A stretch of 64,000 nucleotides of DNA, taken from Chloroflexota bacterium (lineage in GTDB: Bacteria; Chloroflexota; UBA11872; VXOZ01). Below the pieces are notes generated by a model. It ran no database searches. It worked only from the letters and a program-made list of their open reading frames with translations, and was not told the origin of the DNA. The stretch covers positions 2,074,913 to 2,138,912 of the forward strand of contig OZ244803.1 of assembly GCA_965220045.1 (NCBI GenBank), written 5' to 3'. Position numbers and translations under genes: made by a program. Position 1 is the first letter of the stretch. Every line of letters begins with the position of its first letter. Shown here one piece after another: positions 40,347 to 49,406 of this stretch.

Positions 40347-42557
40347 TTACCCTTCCGCAGCCAGTGCTTCCGCCACTCCATTCTGCCATGCATGCAGCGC
40401 GGATGCCAGTGGGACCGACACCTTGTCGCCCAGCGCGAGCGCCTGCCCGTGAACGTATCCGATGACGGCGAACGGCACGCCCTGCTCTGCGGCCATTGCA
40501 CTCGCAGCAGCTTGATTCTCTGGAGGCAGGCTGATGACGATTCTTGACTGGCCCTCGCCAAAGAGTAGGCCGTCGGCGCGGCCATCACCGGGGATGTCCA
40601 CCGTAAACCCGATTCCACCGGCCATGGCGCACTCCGCGAGAGCGACGGCGAGGCCGCCTTGCGAGCAATCGTGCGCGCTATTGACGAGACCCTGGCGAAC
40701 AAGCTGCCGGCAGACAGACTGCACGCGCGCTTCCACGTCGAGATCGATAGGGGGCGCCTGACCGGTAACCTGGCCGTGAACGCATGCCAGGTACTCGCTG
40801 CCGCCGCAGTGGTCGGTCTGAGGGCCCAACAAGGCGATGCTGTCCCCATCTTGCCGGAAAGCCGGCGTCGTACGCTCTTGGATTGATTCCAGCTTGCCGA
40901 TCATGCCGACCATTGGTGTGGGATAGATGGCCTGGCCGCGCGTTTCGTTGTACAGGCTGACGTTGCCGCTCACCACCGGCACGTCGAGGGCCGCGCACGC
41001 CGCGGCCATGCCCCGTATCACGCCTTCCAATTGGTAGTAGACGTCGGTCTTTTCCGGGTTGCCAAAGTTGAGGCAGTTGGTCAGCGCAAGGGGTTCCGCG
41101 CCCACACATGCCAGGTTCCGCGCCGCCTCCGCCACCGCGATCGCGCCGCCGGCAAACGGATCGAGATAGCAATACTGCCCGTTGCCGTCAATTGTCACTG
41201 CCAGTCCGGCGGGTGTTCCCTTTACGCGGAGCACAGCAGCATCTCCACCCGGCCCTTCCGCTGTGTTTACCTGGACGCTGTAGTCATACTGCCGATAGAC
41301 ACACTCTTTGCTCGCGATGTTGGAGCTGGCAAGCAGGGCAAGGAACGTCTCATTATAGTCTTGCGGCTCCGGCAAGTCTTCCTGCTGAAACGCGTGCGAT
41401 TCCCGCAAGTAGCCCGGGACGGTACCTTCCCTTTCATAGGTCGGTGCATCTGCCAGCAAGTGCGCCGGAATCTCGGCTTCCACCTCCGCGCCGTTGCGCA
41501 CGCGTACCAGCCCATCACCGGTGACCCGGCCGATCACGGTCGAGTGCAAGCCCCAGCGCGAGAAGATCGCTTCTACCTGCTCTTCCGCGCCCTGGCGCAC
41601 AATCGCGAGCATGCGCTCCTGGCTCTCGCTCAGCATGATTTCATAGGGAGTCATGCCCTCCTCGCGGCACGGCACGCTACTGACGTCAATGTCCACGCCA
41701 CTCTCGCCTTTGTATGCCGCTTCCACGGCGGAGCTCGTCAAGCCCGCCGCGCCGAGGTCCTGCAATCCCACGAGATAGTCTGTTTCCCCCAGTTCAAGAC
41801 ACGCCTCGATGAGGAGCTTTTCCATAAAGGGATCGCCCACTTGCACCACACCGCGGTGTGAAAGTTCAGGGTCGTCCAAGGAAGCAAATGCAGCGCCATG
41901 AATCCCGTCCCGGCCGGTCGCCGCGCCCACAAGCATCAAGGTATTGCCGGCGCCGCGCGCCCGCGCGCGAATGAGCTTCTCCTGCGGGATGATGCCGACG
42001 CACATGGCGTTGACGAGGGGATTGCCGCTATAGCACGCCGCGAAATTCACTTCGCCGCCCACGTCGGGAATGCCAACACAGTTGCCATAGTGGCTGATGC
42101 CGCTGACAACGCCGTTGAACAGGTAGCGGTTCCGGCTGTCGTCCAGGTGACCGAAGCGCAGCGAGTTGAGCAGAGCGATGGGGCGCGCGCCCATGGTGAA
42201 TATGTCGCGCACGATGCCGCCGACGCCGGTGGCCGCGCCTTGGAACGGCTCCACGGCGCTGGGATGATTGTGGCTCTCGACCTTGAAGACCACGGCGAGC
42301 CCGTGGCCGATATCGACCGCACCGGCGTTTTCCTCACCGGCGCCAATCAAGACGTGCTTGCCGTCAGTGGGCAGCAACTTCAGCAGCGGACGCGAGTTCT
42401 TGTAGCCGCAGTGCTCACTCCACATGGCGCCGAACATGCCGAGCTCAACCGGTTGGGGGACGCGACCGAGTTGAGCGCAAATGCGATCAAACTCACTTCG
42501 GGTCAGCGAGACTTCCCGGAGGTCGGCATCTGTTACGGTGATTTCCGTTTGACTCAC
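40347..42557 (-). CDS. purL: phosphoribosylformylglycinamidine synthase subunit PurL
   Basis: MWSEHCGYKNS and ESHNHPS motifs, about 735 aa. GTG 42557 (GAGG 7 nt upstream) preferred over GTG 42608. Confidence 0.9.
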   Translation of the reverse strand: MSQTEITVTDADLREVSLTRSEFDRICAQLGRVPQPVELGMFGAMWSEHCGYKNSRPLLKLLPTDGKHVLIGAGEENAGAVDIGHGLAVVFKVESHNHPSAVEPFQGAATGVGGIVRDIFTMGARPIALLNSLRFGHLDDSRNRYLFNGVVSGISHYGNCVGIPDVGGEVNFAACYSGNPLVNAMCVGIIPQEKLIRARARGAGNTLMLVGAATGRDGIHGAAFASLDDPELSHRGVVQVGDPFMEKLLIEACLELGETDYLVGLQDLGAAGLTSSAVEAAYKGESGVDIDVSSVPCREEGMTPYEIMLSESQERMLAIVRQGAEEQVEAIFSRWGLHSTVIGRVTGDGLVRVRNGAEVEAEIPAHLLADAPTYEREGTVPGYLRESHAFQQEDLPEPQDYNETFLALLASSNIASKECVYRQYDYSVQVNTAEGPGGDAAVLRVKGTPAGLAVTIDGNGQYCYLDPFAGGAIAVAEAARNLACVGAEPLALTNCLNFGNPEKTDVYYQLEGVIRGMAAACAALDVPVVSGNVSLYNETRGQAIYPTPMVGMIGKLESIQERTTPAFRQDGDSIALLGPQTDHCGGSEYLACVHGQVTGQAPPIDLDVEARVQSVCRQLVRQGLVNSAHDCSQGGLAVALAECAMAGGIGFTVDIPGDGRADGLLFGEGQSRIVISLPPENQAAASAMAAEQGVPFAVIGYVHGQALALGDKVSVPLASALHAWQNGVAEALAAEG

Positions 42558-42689
42558 ACGAGACCTCGCTGAGGATTGCGTGATAGGAGACGCACCATTA
42601 GGCAGCACCTACGGATAGGACTAGCTCCATACCAACAAGAGTTTCAGCTTGCCACCAGTGTGACGCGACGGCGCGATGTGCTGAGCCGC

Positions 42690-43397
42690 CTACACGCGCA
42701 CCGGCGCAGCTCGAAGGGCGAGTACGATCGCCTGCCAGATGCCGAATCCATCCACGCCGCCCAGCGCAGGCTCGGCGCATCTCTCCGGATGCGGCATAAG
42801 GGCGAAGACATTGCCGGCTTCATTGCAGACACCGGCGACGTTTGCGATGGAACCGTTTGGGTTCGCAGCCGCCGTTATGTTTCCCTCGGCATCACAGTAG
42901 CGCAAGACGACCTGGCCGTTGTCACGCATGCGGCTGAGGACGTCCGGATCGGCTATGTAGTTGCCGTCGCCGTGCGCAATCGGCATGCGCACGACCTGGC
43001 CCTGCTCGTAGGTCGCCATGAATGGGGTCTCTACACTCTCGACGCGCAGATAGACCCAGCCGCAGCGAAACTCCACCGAGTCGTTCCGAAGCAGCGCACC
43101 CGGCAGGAGTCCGGCTTCAGTGAGAATCTGGAAGCCGTTGCAAATGCCGAGCACGAGCCCTCCGGCATCAGAGAATGCCGTGACCGCGCGCATGACGGGG
43201 GAAAAGCGCGCTATCGATCCGGACCGCAAATAGTCACCGTACGAGAAGCCCCCCGGTAGCACCAGTGCATCATAGCCTGAAACGTGCGTCTCCTCATGCC
43301 AAACAAAGTCCGCTTGAACATGGAGTACTGAGCGGGCAACGTGCAGGCAATCGTAGTCACAGTTTGAGCCCGGAAACTGCACTATGCCAATCTTCAC
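42690..43397 (-). CDS. purQ: phosphoribosylformylglycinamidine synthase glutaminase subunit PurQ
   Basis: VKIGIVQFPGSNCDYD, GGFSYGDYLR, ICNGFQ (Cys nucleophile) and MPHPER. The GTG start overlaps the purS stop (GTGA at 43394-43397). Confidence 0.9.
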   Translation of the reverse strand: MKIGIVQFPGSNCDYDCLHVARSVLHVQADFVWHEETHVSGYDALVLPGGFSYGDYLRSGSIARFSPVMRAVTAFSDAGGLVLGICNGFQILTEAGLLPGALLRNDSVEFRCGWVYLRVESVETPFMATYEQGQVVRMPIAHGDGNYIADPDVLSRMRDNGQVVLRYCDAEGNITAAANPNGSIANVAGVCNEAGNVFALMPHPERCAEPALGGVDGFGIWQAIVLALRAAPVRV

Positions 43398-43645
43398 TGC
43401 ACCGTCTCCAAGTCGAAGCGGTAGCTTTCGATGACGGGATTCGCCAGCAGTTGCTCGCACATTGCCTCCACGTCTTCCCGTGCCTTACCGGCATCGTCCG
43501 TGCCCAGTTCGACTTCCAGGTACTTGCCCATGCGCACGGATTCAACACTCTCGAATCCCAGGTGGTGGAGCGCTGTCTGGATTGTATTGCCCTGAGGGTC
43601 CAGCACTGTGGGCTTGTATGTGACGTATATGCGTGCTTTGGTCAC
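43394..43645 (-). CDS. purS: phosphoribosylformylglycinamidine synthase subunit PurS
   Basis: VTKARIYVTYKPTVLDPQGNTIQTALHHLGFESVESVRMGKYLEVEL..., 83 aa from GTG 43645 (AGGGA upstream). The 145-aa ORF in the track adds a non-homologous N-terminus. Confidence 0.85.
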   Translation of the reverse strand: MTKARIYVTYKPTVLDPQGNTIQTALHHLGFESVESVRMGKYLEVELGTDDAGKAREDVEAMCEQLLANPVIESYRFDLETVQ

Positions 43646-44051
43646 CGTAACAAGATCCCTGTATTCAATCTGAGCGACGTATTTCGGGTACGGACCGACG
43701 CGCCAATTCGTGCCCCAAGAAAAGCTTCGCGAGGCACACCCAGCGCGAATGGGAATAGTTCTTCCCCATAGACAACCGATCACATCCGGCGCACGGTCCC
43801 GTGGCGCCAGCCAACCTGCCAGTCGAGCCACTCTATTGTCCCGATGGCCCTTCTAAGTTAGCCCGTACCGTTCCCACTGAGTTTGCCGAAGGAGCGACCG
43901 GCCTGCCACCCAAAGACTCCTGCGTTGCCCTCGCAGATGCAGAATAACTGGTCTCAGTGCGCGCTTCAACGCAGACAAAGTAGCAAACCAATGTACGCGC
44001 ACAGCGAAAGCCGCCGGCCTGCTAACGCTTTATGTACTGCAGGCCGGAACA

Positions 44052-46922
44052 TTACTCCTCTTGTTGCCTCTGCAACTCATCGAGAAGCTGTTGCATCAGC
44101 TCATTCTGGCGCCGGAGTTGCTCAAGCAGGTCGTCAATCGTCGAGTCAGACTCCGGTGTCGCAGCGGCGGGTGGCGCGAGCTCACTGGGCGCCGGCGTAG
44201 CTCCTGTCTGAGGCGTCACACTTGGCGCCGATGTTGGCTGCGGCGCTGCCGTCGGCTGCGGTTCCGCAGTCGGCGTTGGCAATACCGCAGGCGCAGGAGT
44301 AGGTGTGGCCGTCGTTGTAGAGCTCGACCCGCTCTGCGTTGCGCTGTCTCCGGTCATCGTGATCCCTGTGAATATGCCATCTACGCCCTCTCCGAACAAC
44401 TCCCGCAGCCCGAGCAATACGCTTTCCGCCATCACCACATTCGAACCGTTGGCGATGATCACGCGCTTGAGCTCAGGCAACTGGCCCTGCTCGGACTGAA
44501 GATAGATGGGCTCCACGTACAAGTTGGATTGACCGATGGGCACAACCAACAGGTTGCCGCGGATCACGCGTGAACCGCCCTGTCCCCATAGCGTGAACTG
44601 CTGCGAAATCGTCGTATCCTGGTCCGCCCGGGCTTCGATCTGCATAGGTCCGAACACAAGCTTGTCCTTGGGGTATTTGAAGGCAAAGAGCGAGCCATAG
44701 CCCTCCGGATCAGACCGCGCTGCCAACCAAGCCACCATATTGTCCTTTTGAATGGGTGTGTACGGCATGATGAGGATGAATTCCTCGCGCGGGAAGTCGG
44801 GGAGCCGCATGATGACGTAGTAGGGCCGCACGGGCACCTGGCCGCCGCCATACAGTTCGCGCGGCCGCGACAGTGCATCCTCGCGATTGTAGAAGATATC
44901 CGGCTTCTGCATGTGGTAGAGCGAGTACAACTCTACCTGCACCTGAAACAGGAAGGCCGGATAGCGAATGTGCTGCAGAATCGCCGGCGGCATCTCAGTC
45001 AGCGGTTGAAAGAGATCCGGAAAAGCCCGCGAATATGCCTGCAGGATCGGCTCATCTTCCTCAACCGCATAGAGCTGCACCGTGCCGTCGTATGCGTTTA
45101 CGGTGGCTTTTACGCTATTGCGGATGTAGTTGAAGGCTCCGGCCAGCGGCTGAGAATACGGGTAGCGGTCGGTGAACGTATAAGCGTCAACAATCCAGAA
45201 AAGTTGACCGTCGGCTACCACAATGTACGGATCTTGGTCGATGACCAAGAAAGGCGCCACCGTCGCGACGCGCTCGCGCACCTGACGGCGGTAGAGAATC
45301 TGGCTCTCGGGCGTCAATTCGTCGGAAAGCAGGATGTTTACGTCCTTGAGATACCAGGCGTAGAGCAACTTGCGGAGATACGTGCCCACGCCGACGCCGG
45401 TGCGGGATTGGTAGGTCGAGCGCGCGTTGTCGTCACCGCGCGGGTAGTCGATTTCCTGAATGCGCGCGTTGACAATCACATAGTCAAATGTCTTTTCACC
45501 GTAGTAGATCTCCGGGCGATTGACTTCCATGATGCCCGTGGGCGGCACGTCCTTCAGGAAAAATGAGGGCAACCCCTCCGGCGAGACCTCGTTTACGGGA
45601 CTCATCACCACGCCGTAGCCATGGGTGAATTGCAGTCTGCGGTTCACCCACGTCTGCGCCGAGGCCGGGAGCTTCTCCGGTGAGAGTTCCCTCGCGCCGA
45701 CCATCACCTGCCTGTATTCGCCGTCCACGTAGTAGCGGTCCACGTCCGCATCGAGTATGTCGTAATAGAGGCGGATACTCTGTACCTGGTTATACGTAAT
45801 CAGCAGAGGCTCAGGGTCCCACAGTCGGAAATTACGGACGGTCAGCGGGTTGCCGACCAGTTCTTCCTCCGTTACGGCAGGTTCACCGGGGTGCTCCATT
45901 TCCACAATGCGGTTTAGACCGTACGCTTCACGCGTATACTCGATGTTGTTCTCAATAAACGGTCGCTCGCGCTCCAGCTCATTCGGCTGCACCTCGAGGC
46001 GATGCGCCAGGCCGGGATAGGCCCACCCACCTACGACCAGAACGAGCAGCCAAAGTCCCAAGCCGCCGATGGGCAGCCACTGTTGATTAAGGACAGCGCC
46101 GCTCACAAGCCCGATCGCCGCCACAACCGCCAGCACAATGAGCACCTGCTGAACCGGTTGCATGATGTTCACGTCGATGTAACTGGCGCCGTAGGCAGCG
46201 CCGCGCGTCGAGAATTCCAGCGTGTGCAAGCTCAGCCAGTGGGCCCAGCCTATCAGCACCATCAGCAGAAAACCGAGAATGGAAAGGTGAATGCGGATAG
46301 GCGGCCCCGCGACGAGGCTCTTGGGTATTTCGCGCCGTTCCCCTTCATCGTCTTCCGGGGAAATCATATACGGCAGCACCAGACGGAACCCATAGGCGAA
46401 GACCGCAACTATCAGTACCAGAATCACCGCTCGGAAGAGCCAGCCCTGCACGAACTCCAGCAGCGGGAGCGTGAATACGAAGAAAGAAAGGTCTCTACTG
46501 AAGAGGGGGTCCGTGCGCCCAAACTCGACAAGATTCTGGGCGCGGAGCACCGTATTCCATTGACCGGAAGCGAGTAAACCGAAGAGCACGGAAGCGATGA
46601 CGCCCACAAGGCCGGAGATGATCCGCGATGCCTGTTCCGTCCGCCGCGCCGAGTTGGAAAGAAAATCTTCACCGGTTCTGTACGCCTGCCGTTCGACAAT
46701 CTTGCGTACGAGGGTCATGTTCCCAAAGTACAAGACGCCGAATACGATGAGGCCGGCGGCAAAGAGGCCTATTTGCAGCGTGATAATTCTGGAGAAGACA
46801 TCCGTGCGTTCGAGACTCTGGTACCAGAGCCAGTCGGCGATGATATTCGGTACAACAAGCACGAGCGCGATAGATACGACGATGCCGACAAATACGGCAC
46901 CAATCACGGTGTTGCGCTGCAT
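44052..46922 (-). CDS. UPF0182-family large membrane protein
   Basis: About 956 aa. The N-terminus has several TM helices and the ADWLWYQSL motif. A large soluble region follows, then a Pro/Thr-rich tail and a Q/E-rich coiled coil. ATG 46922 is preceded by GAGGAA. Confidence 0.8.
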   Translation of the reverse strand: MQRNTVIGAVFVGIVVSIALVLVVPNIIADWLWYQSLERTDVFSRIITLQIGLFAAGLIVFGVLYFGNMTLVRKIVERQAYRTGEDFLSNSARRTEQASRIISGLVGVIASVLFGLLASGQWNTVLRAQNLVEFGRTDPLFSRDLSFFVFTLPLLEFVQGWLFRAVILVLIVAVFAYGFRLVLPYMISPEDDEGERREIPKSLVAGPPIRIHLSILGFLLMVLIGWAHWLSLHTLEFSTRGAAYGASYIDVNIMQPVQQVLIVLAVVAAIGLVSGAVLNQQWLPIGGLGLWLLVLVVGGWAYPGLAHRLEVQPNELERERPFIENNIEYTREAYGLNRIVEMEHPGEPAVTEEELVGNPLTVRNFRLWDPEPLLITYNQVQSIRLYYDILDADVDRYYVDGEYRQVMVGARELSPEKLPASAQTWVNRRLQFTHGYGVVMSPVNEVSPEGLPSFFLKDVPPTGIMEVNRPEIYYGEKTFDYVIVNARIQEIDYPRGDDNARSTYQSRTGVGVGTYLRKLLYAWYLKDVNILLSDELTPESQILYRRQVRERVATVAPFLVIDQDPYIVVADGQLFWIVDAYTFTDRYPYSQPLAGAFNYIRNSVKATVNAYDGTVQLYAVEEDEPILQAYSRAFPDLFQPLTEMPPAILQHIRYPAFLFQVQVELYSLYHMQKPDIFYNREDALSRPRELYGGGQVPVRPYYVIMRLPDFPREEFILIMPYTPIQKDNMVAWLAARSDPEGYGSLFAFKYPKDKLVFGPMQIEARADQDTTISQQFTLWGQGGSRVIRGNLLVVPIGQSNLYVEPIYLQSEQGQLPELKRVIIANGSNVVMAESVLLGLRELFGEGVDGIFTGITMTGDSATQSGSSSTTTATPTPAPAVLPTPTAEPQPTAAPQPTSAPSVTPQTGATPAPSELAPPAAATPESDSTIDDLLEQLRRQNELMQQLLDELQRQQEE

Positions 46923-47037
46923 GGAATTCCTCACAGTTTACTGCGTCGAGCGCAAATTCAATGGTCCACTAATCGTGCGTAACCCACGGCGAAAAAGAGC
47001 GCACTATCCTCATGCTATGCGCAGCACGCTGATAGTG

Positions 47038-47091
47038 CGCAGTTTCCGACAAGGCCGCAGTCTCCGACAAGGTCGCAGATTTCGACAAACT
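47038..47091. repeat. three tandem 18-bp direct repeats cgcag(t/a)(t/c)t(c/t)cgacaa(g/a)(g/c)(c/t)
   Basis: cgcagtttccgacaaggc, cgcagtctccgacaaggt and cgcagatttcgacaaact lie head to tail in the spacer between the FtsH-like stop and the UPF0182 start. Confidence 0.85.
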
Positions 47092-47131
47092 CGCCATGAG
47101 CCAAGCGTAATCAGCCATTCCCAACTCTGGT

Positions 47132-48949
47132 TTAGGAATCAGATTCTTTGACCGTTTCCTCGCTTGACTCCACTTGATTGTCAGGGGAATCGACCGGATT
47201 GCCATTCGGGCCTGGAGAGTCTGACGGGCCGTTACTCTGCTGGCCTAACGCCAGGCCGCTTGAATAGCCGGTCAGCGCGGCGACCCCCACGGGTTCACGC
47301 TGCGGCTTCTGCGACTCGAGAATTTCCTTGATGTCCTCGCCGTGCAGTTCCAGTTCCTTGAGGAGCCGCTCAGAGATAATACGTACTTCATCGGAATGCT
47401 CTGCCAGGAGTTGCTTGACCTCGCGATATTGCTCGTCCAGCAAGGCCTCGATACGGCGCTTGGTATCAGGGTCGATTCCGCCCAGTCCGCTCGGCATGGC
47501 TAAGTACGAATAGAAGCTATTCCCCATTCCATAGAAGCCGAAGTACCCCATTGCCAGCATTGTCGCCTGCTGCAGGTCGGATGTAACGCCCGTAAGGCCG
47601 GTTCCCAGGAAGAGTTCCTCCGCGGCGCGGCTGGCAAGCGCAACCTTGATTTCCGATAGCACTTCCTCACGGGACTGCGTATAGCGCTCTTCAAGCGGCG
47701 TGCTCGCAGCGAGGCCGAGAGCGCGGCCGTAGCGGATGATCGTAACCTTGTAAAGCTCATTCTCCGGCTGCAACAGGGCCATCGCAATCGCGTGGCCCGT
47801 TTCGTGATAGGCCAGCCGCCGCCGTTCCTTCTCGCTCATGCTGCGGATAGGCTGGCGCAAGCCCCATTCATTCGTCTCACGCGCCTCGCTGAAGTCCGTG
47901 TACGAGATGTAGTCTCGCCCCTCGAAGTGCGCTACCACAGCCGCCTCGTTGATGAGGTACTTGATACTAACCGGCGTGTACCCCACCGTATCGGCGGCAA
48001 TCTTATCGATGTCGATATCGGGGTCGTGGCGGACCTTGTCCATGTAGTACTGGATGACGTCCTTGCGGCCGTCGAAATCGGGCGCGTCGATTGTAATCTT
48101 GCGGTCGAAACGTCCCGGCCTGAGCAGTGCTTGGTCCAGAACTTCGGCAATGTTCGTGGCGCCGATCGTCAACACCACCGGCTGTATCGCCTTGCCCCTG
48201 CGGAGACCGAGCCGGCGGAGAATGCGAGCTTTCATACTGGTGTCAACGTTGGGCGGATCCATTTCCAACAAGAGCGTGTTCAGCATGCCCATGCCGCCGC
48301 CGAACATGCCGCCCATCGCACCCATGCCGCCGCCCATTTGCGACGTGCGCGCCGTGCCGACGGCATCGATCTCATCGATGAAGATAATGGCGGAGCCGTA
48401 CTTTCGCGCGAGCCGCCGCGCTTTGCCGTAGAGCATCATGATACGCAGGTTGCCGACGCCCATGAACATATTCTGAAAACCGGGCGCGGACGCGTACGCA
48501 AACGGCACGCCGGCCTCGGTGGCAATGGCTTGGGCCAGATAGGTCTTACCAGTACCCGGAGGGCCAATAAGCAAAAGACCGCGCGAGACCTCGCCGCCCA
48601 TGCGCTTGAAATCGCGCACGCCGCGGAGCAGAGTCACAATGCGCGCGGAGACCTCAAGTACCTGCTCGTTGCCGCGGTAGTCCTTAAAGGAAATCCCGGT
48701 CTCACCGCCGGGCATAATCCAATAGACACGGCCGCGGCCGAGGAACCAGAATAGCGCTACGAACTGAATTAGGACAAAGAGAATCGCAAAGGCAAGCTGG
48801 AACAGCGTGGCAAAGATGAGAAACAGAATCTGCAGGACGTTTCCTGCACCGAACGTTGCAACCGACCACCAAAAACCGATCGCAACCAGCACCCATAGAA
48901 GAATGCCGCGCCAGTGCCGACCGATGAACCCCAGGACTCCGCCTATCAT
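47132..48949 (-). CDS. FtsH-like AAA+ zinc metalloprotease paralog
   Basis: GPPGTGKTYLAQ (Walker A), IIFIDEIDAVG (Walker B), ATN...LRPGRFDR (SRH) and HETGHAI (HExxH). N-terminal TM helices. Atypical Gly/Met-rich segment at aa 204-222. Confidence 0.85.
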   Translation of the reverse strand: MIGGVLGFIGRHWRGILLWVLVAIGFWWSVATFGAGNVLQILFLIFATLFQLAFAILFVLIQFVALFWFLGRGRVYWIMPGGETGISFKDYRGNEQVLEVSARIVTLLRGVRDFKRMGGEVSRGLLLIGPPGTGKTYLAQAIATEAGVPFAYASAPGFQNMFMGVGNLRIMMLYGKARRLARKYGSAIIFIDEIDAVGTARTSQMGGGMGAMGGMFGGGMGMLNTLLLEMDPPNVDTSMKARILRRLGLRRGKAIQPVVLTIGATNIAEVLDQALLRPGRFDRKITIDAPDFDGRKDVIQYYMDKVRHDPDIDIDKIAADTVGYTPVSIKYLINEAAVVAHFEGRDYISYTDFSEARETNEWGLRQPIRSMSEKERRRLAYHETGHAIAMALLQPENELYKVTIIRYGRALGLAASTPLEERYTQSREEVLSEIKVALASRAAEELFLGTGLTGVTSDLQQATMLAMGYFGFYGMGNSFYSYLAMPSGLGGIDPDTKRRIEALLDEQYREVKQLLAEHSDEVRIISERLLKELELHGEDIKEILESQKPQREPVGVAALTGYSSGLALGQQSNGPSDSPGPNGNPVDSPDNQVESSEETVKESDS

Positions 48950-49406
48950 AGCTTCACCGTGCCTTCCGTGTTGAAAGAGGATAGGTTAACGCTAATGTAA
49001 CACGTTCCTCTATCCCCACGACCCCATTCCTGCCAAACCACACAAAGAATCCGAGCGTCAACTGCTACCCATTATAGCATGGGGTATTATGACGATAGTT
49101 GCCGGTCTCTAGACAACCTTAAGAATTGTATAAGAGTCTGACGTTTACGGTAAGAAACATTACATTTCTCACCGCAGGAGGCGCTCACGGTTGCTGGCCT
49201 GCCGCCAAGTACGGGCCATCGGCTCTGGCGAGAGCGAATTTGAGTGCGCAATGTCGAGCGATTGACCAATGGCGAGACTCCCAAGCAACCATCGCTGCGA
49301 CCCGTGCGCGCAGGCCAGTCCATGACCGGCACACCGACCTGGAGCGAGAGGAGATAGTCTTGATTGACTCGTACTCCGAAACGAAGCTTTGGGGTTAGTA
49401 GAGACT

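Noticed and set aside
39968-40849. 293-aa minus-strand ORF spanning the purF/purL junction
   Set aside because: Out of frame with both purF and purL on the same strand. Both of those have unambiguous homology-like motifs, whereas this frame has none.
43394-43831. 145-aa version of PurS given in the ORF track
   Set aside because: PurS proteins are about 80-85 aa. The extra 62 N-terminal residues (MARLAGWLAPRDRAPDV...) show no PurS-like sequence. A GTG with an AGGGA RBS gives the expected 83-aa product.
43735-43831. Confident ZTP riboswitch call in the pur leader
   Set aside because: Only loose resemblance: ACUGGCA instead of ACUGGCG, and GCGCUGGGU instead of CCGCCUGGGC. The pseudoknot pairing partners are not complementary. 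It is kept only as a low-confidence candidate pending a covariance-model search.
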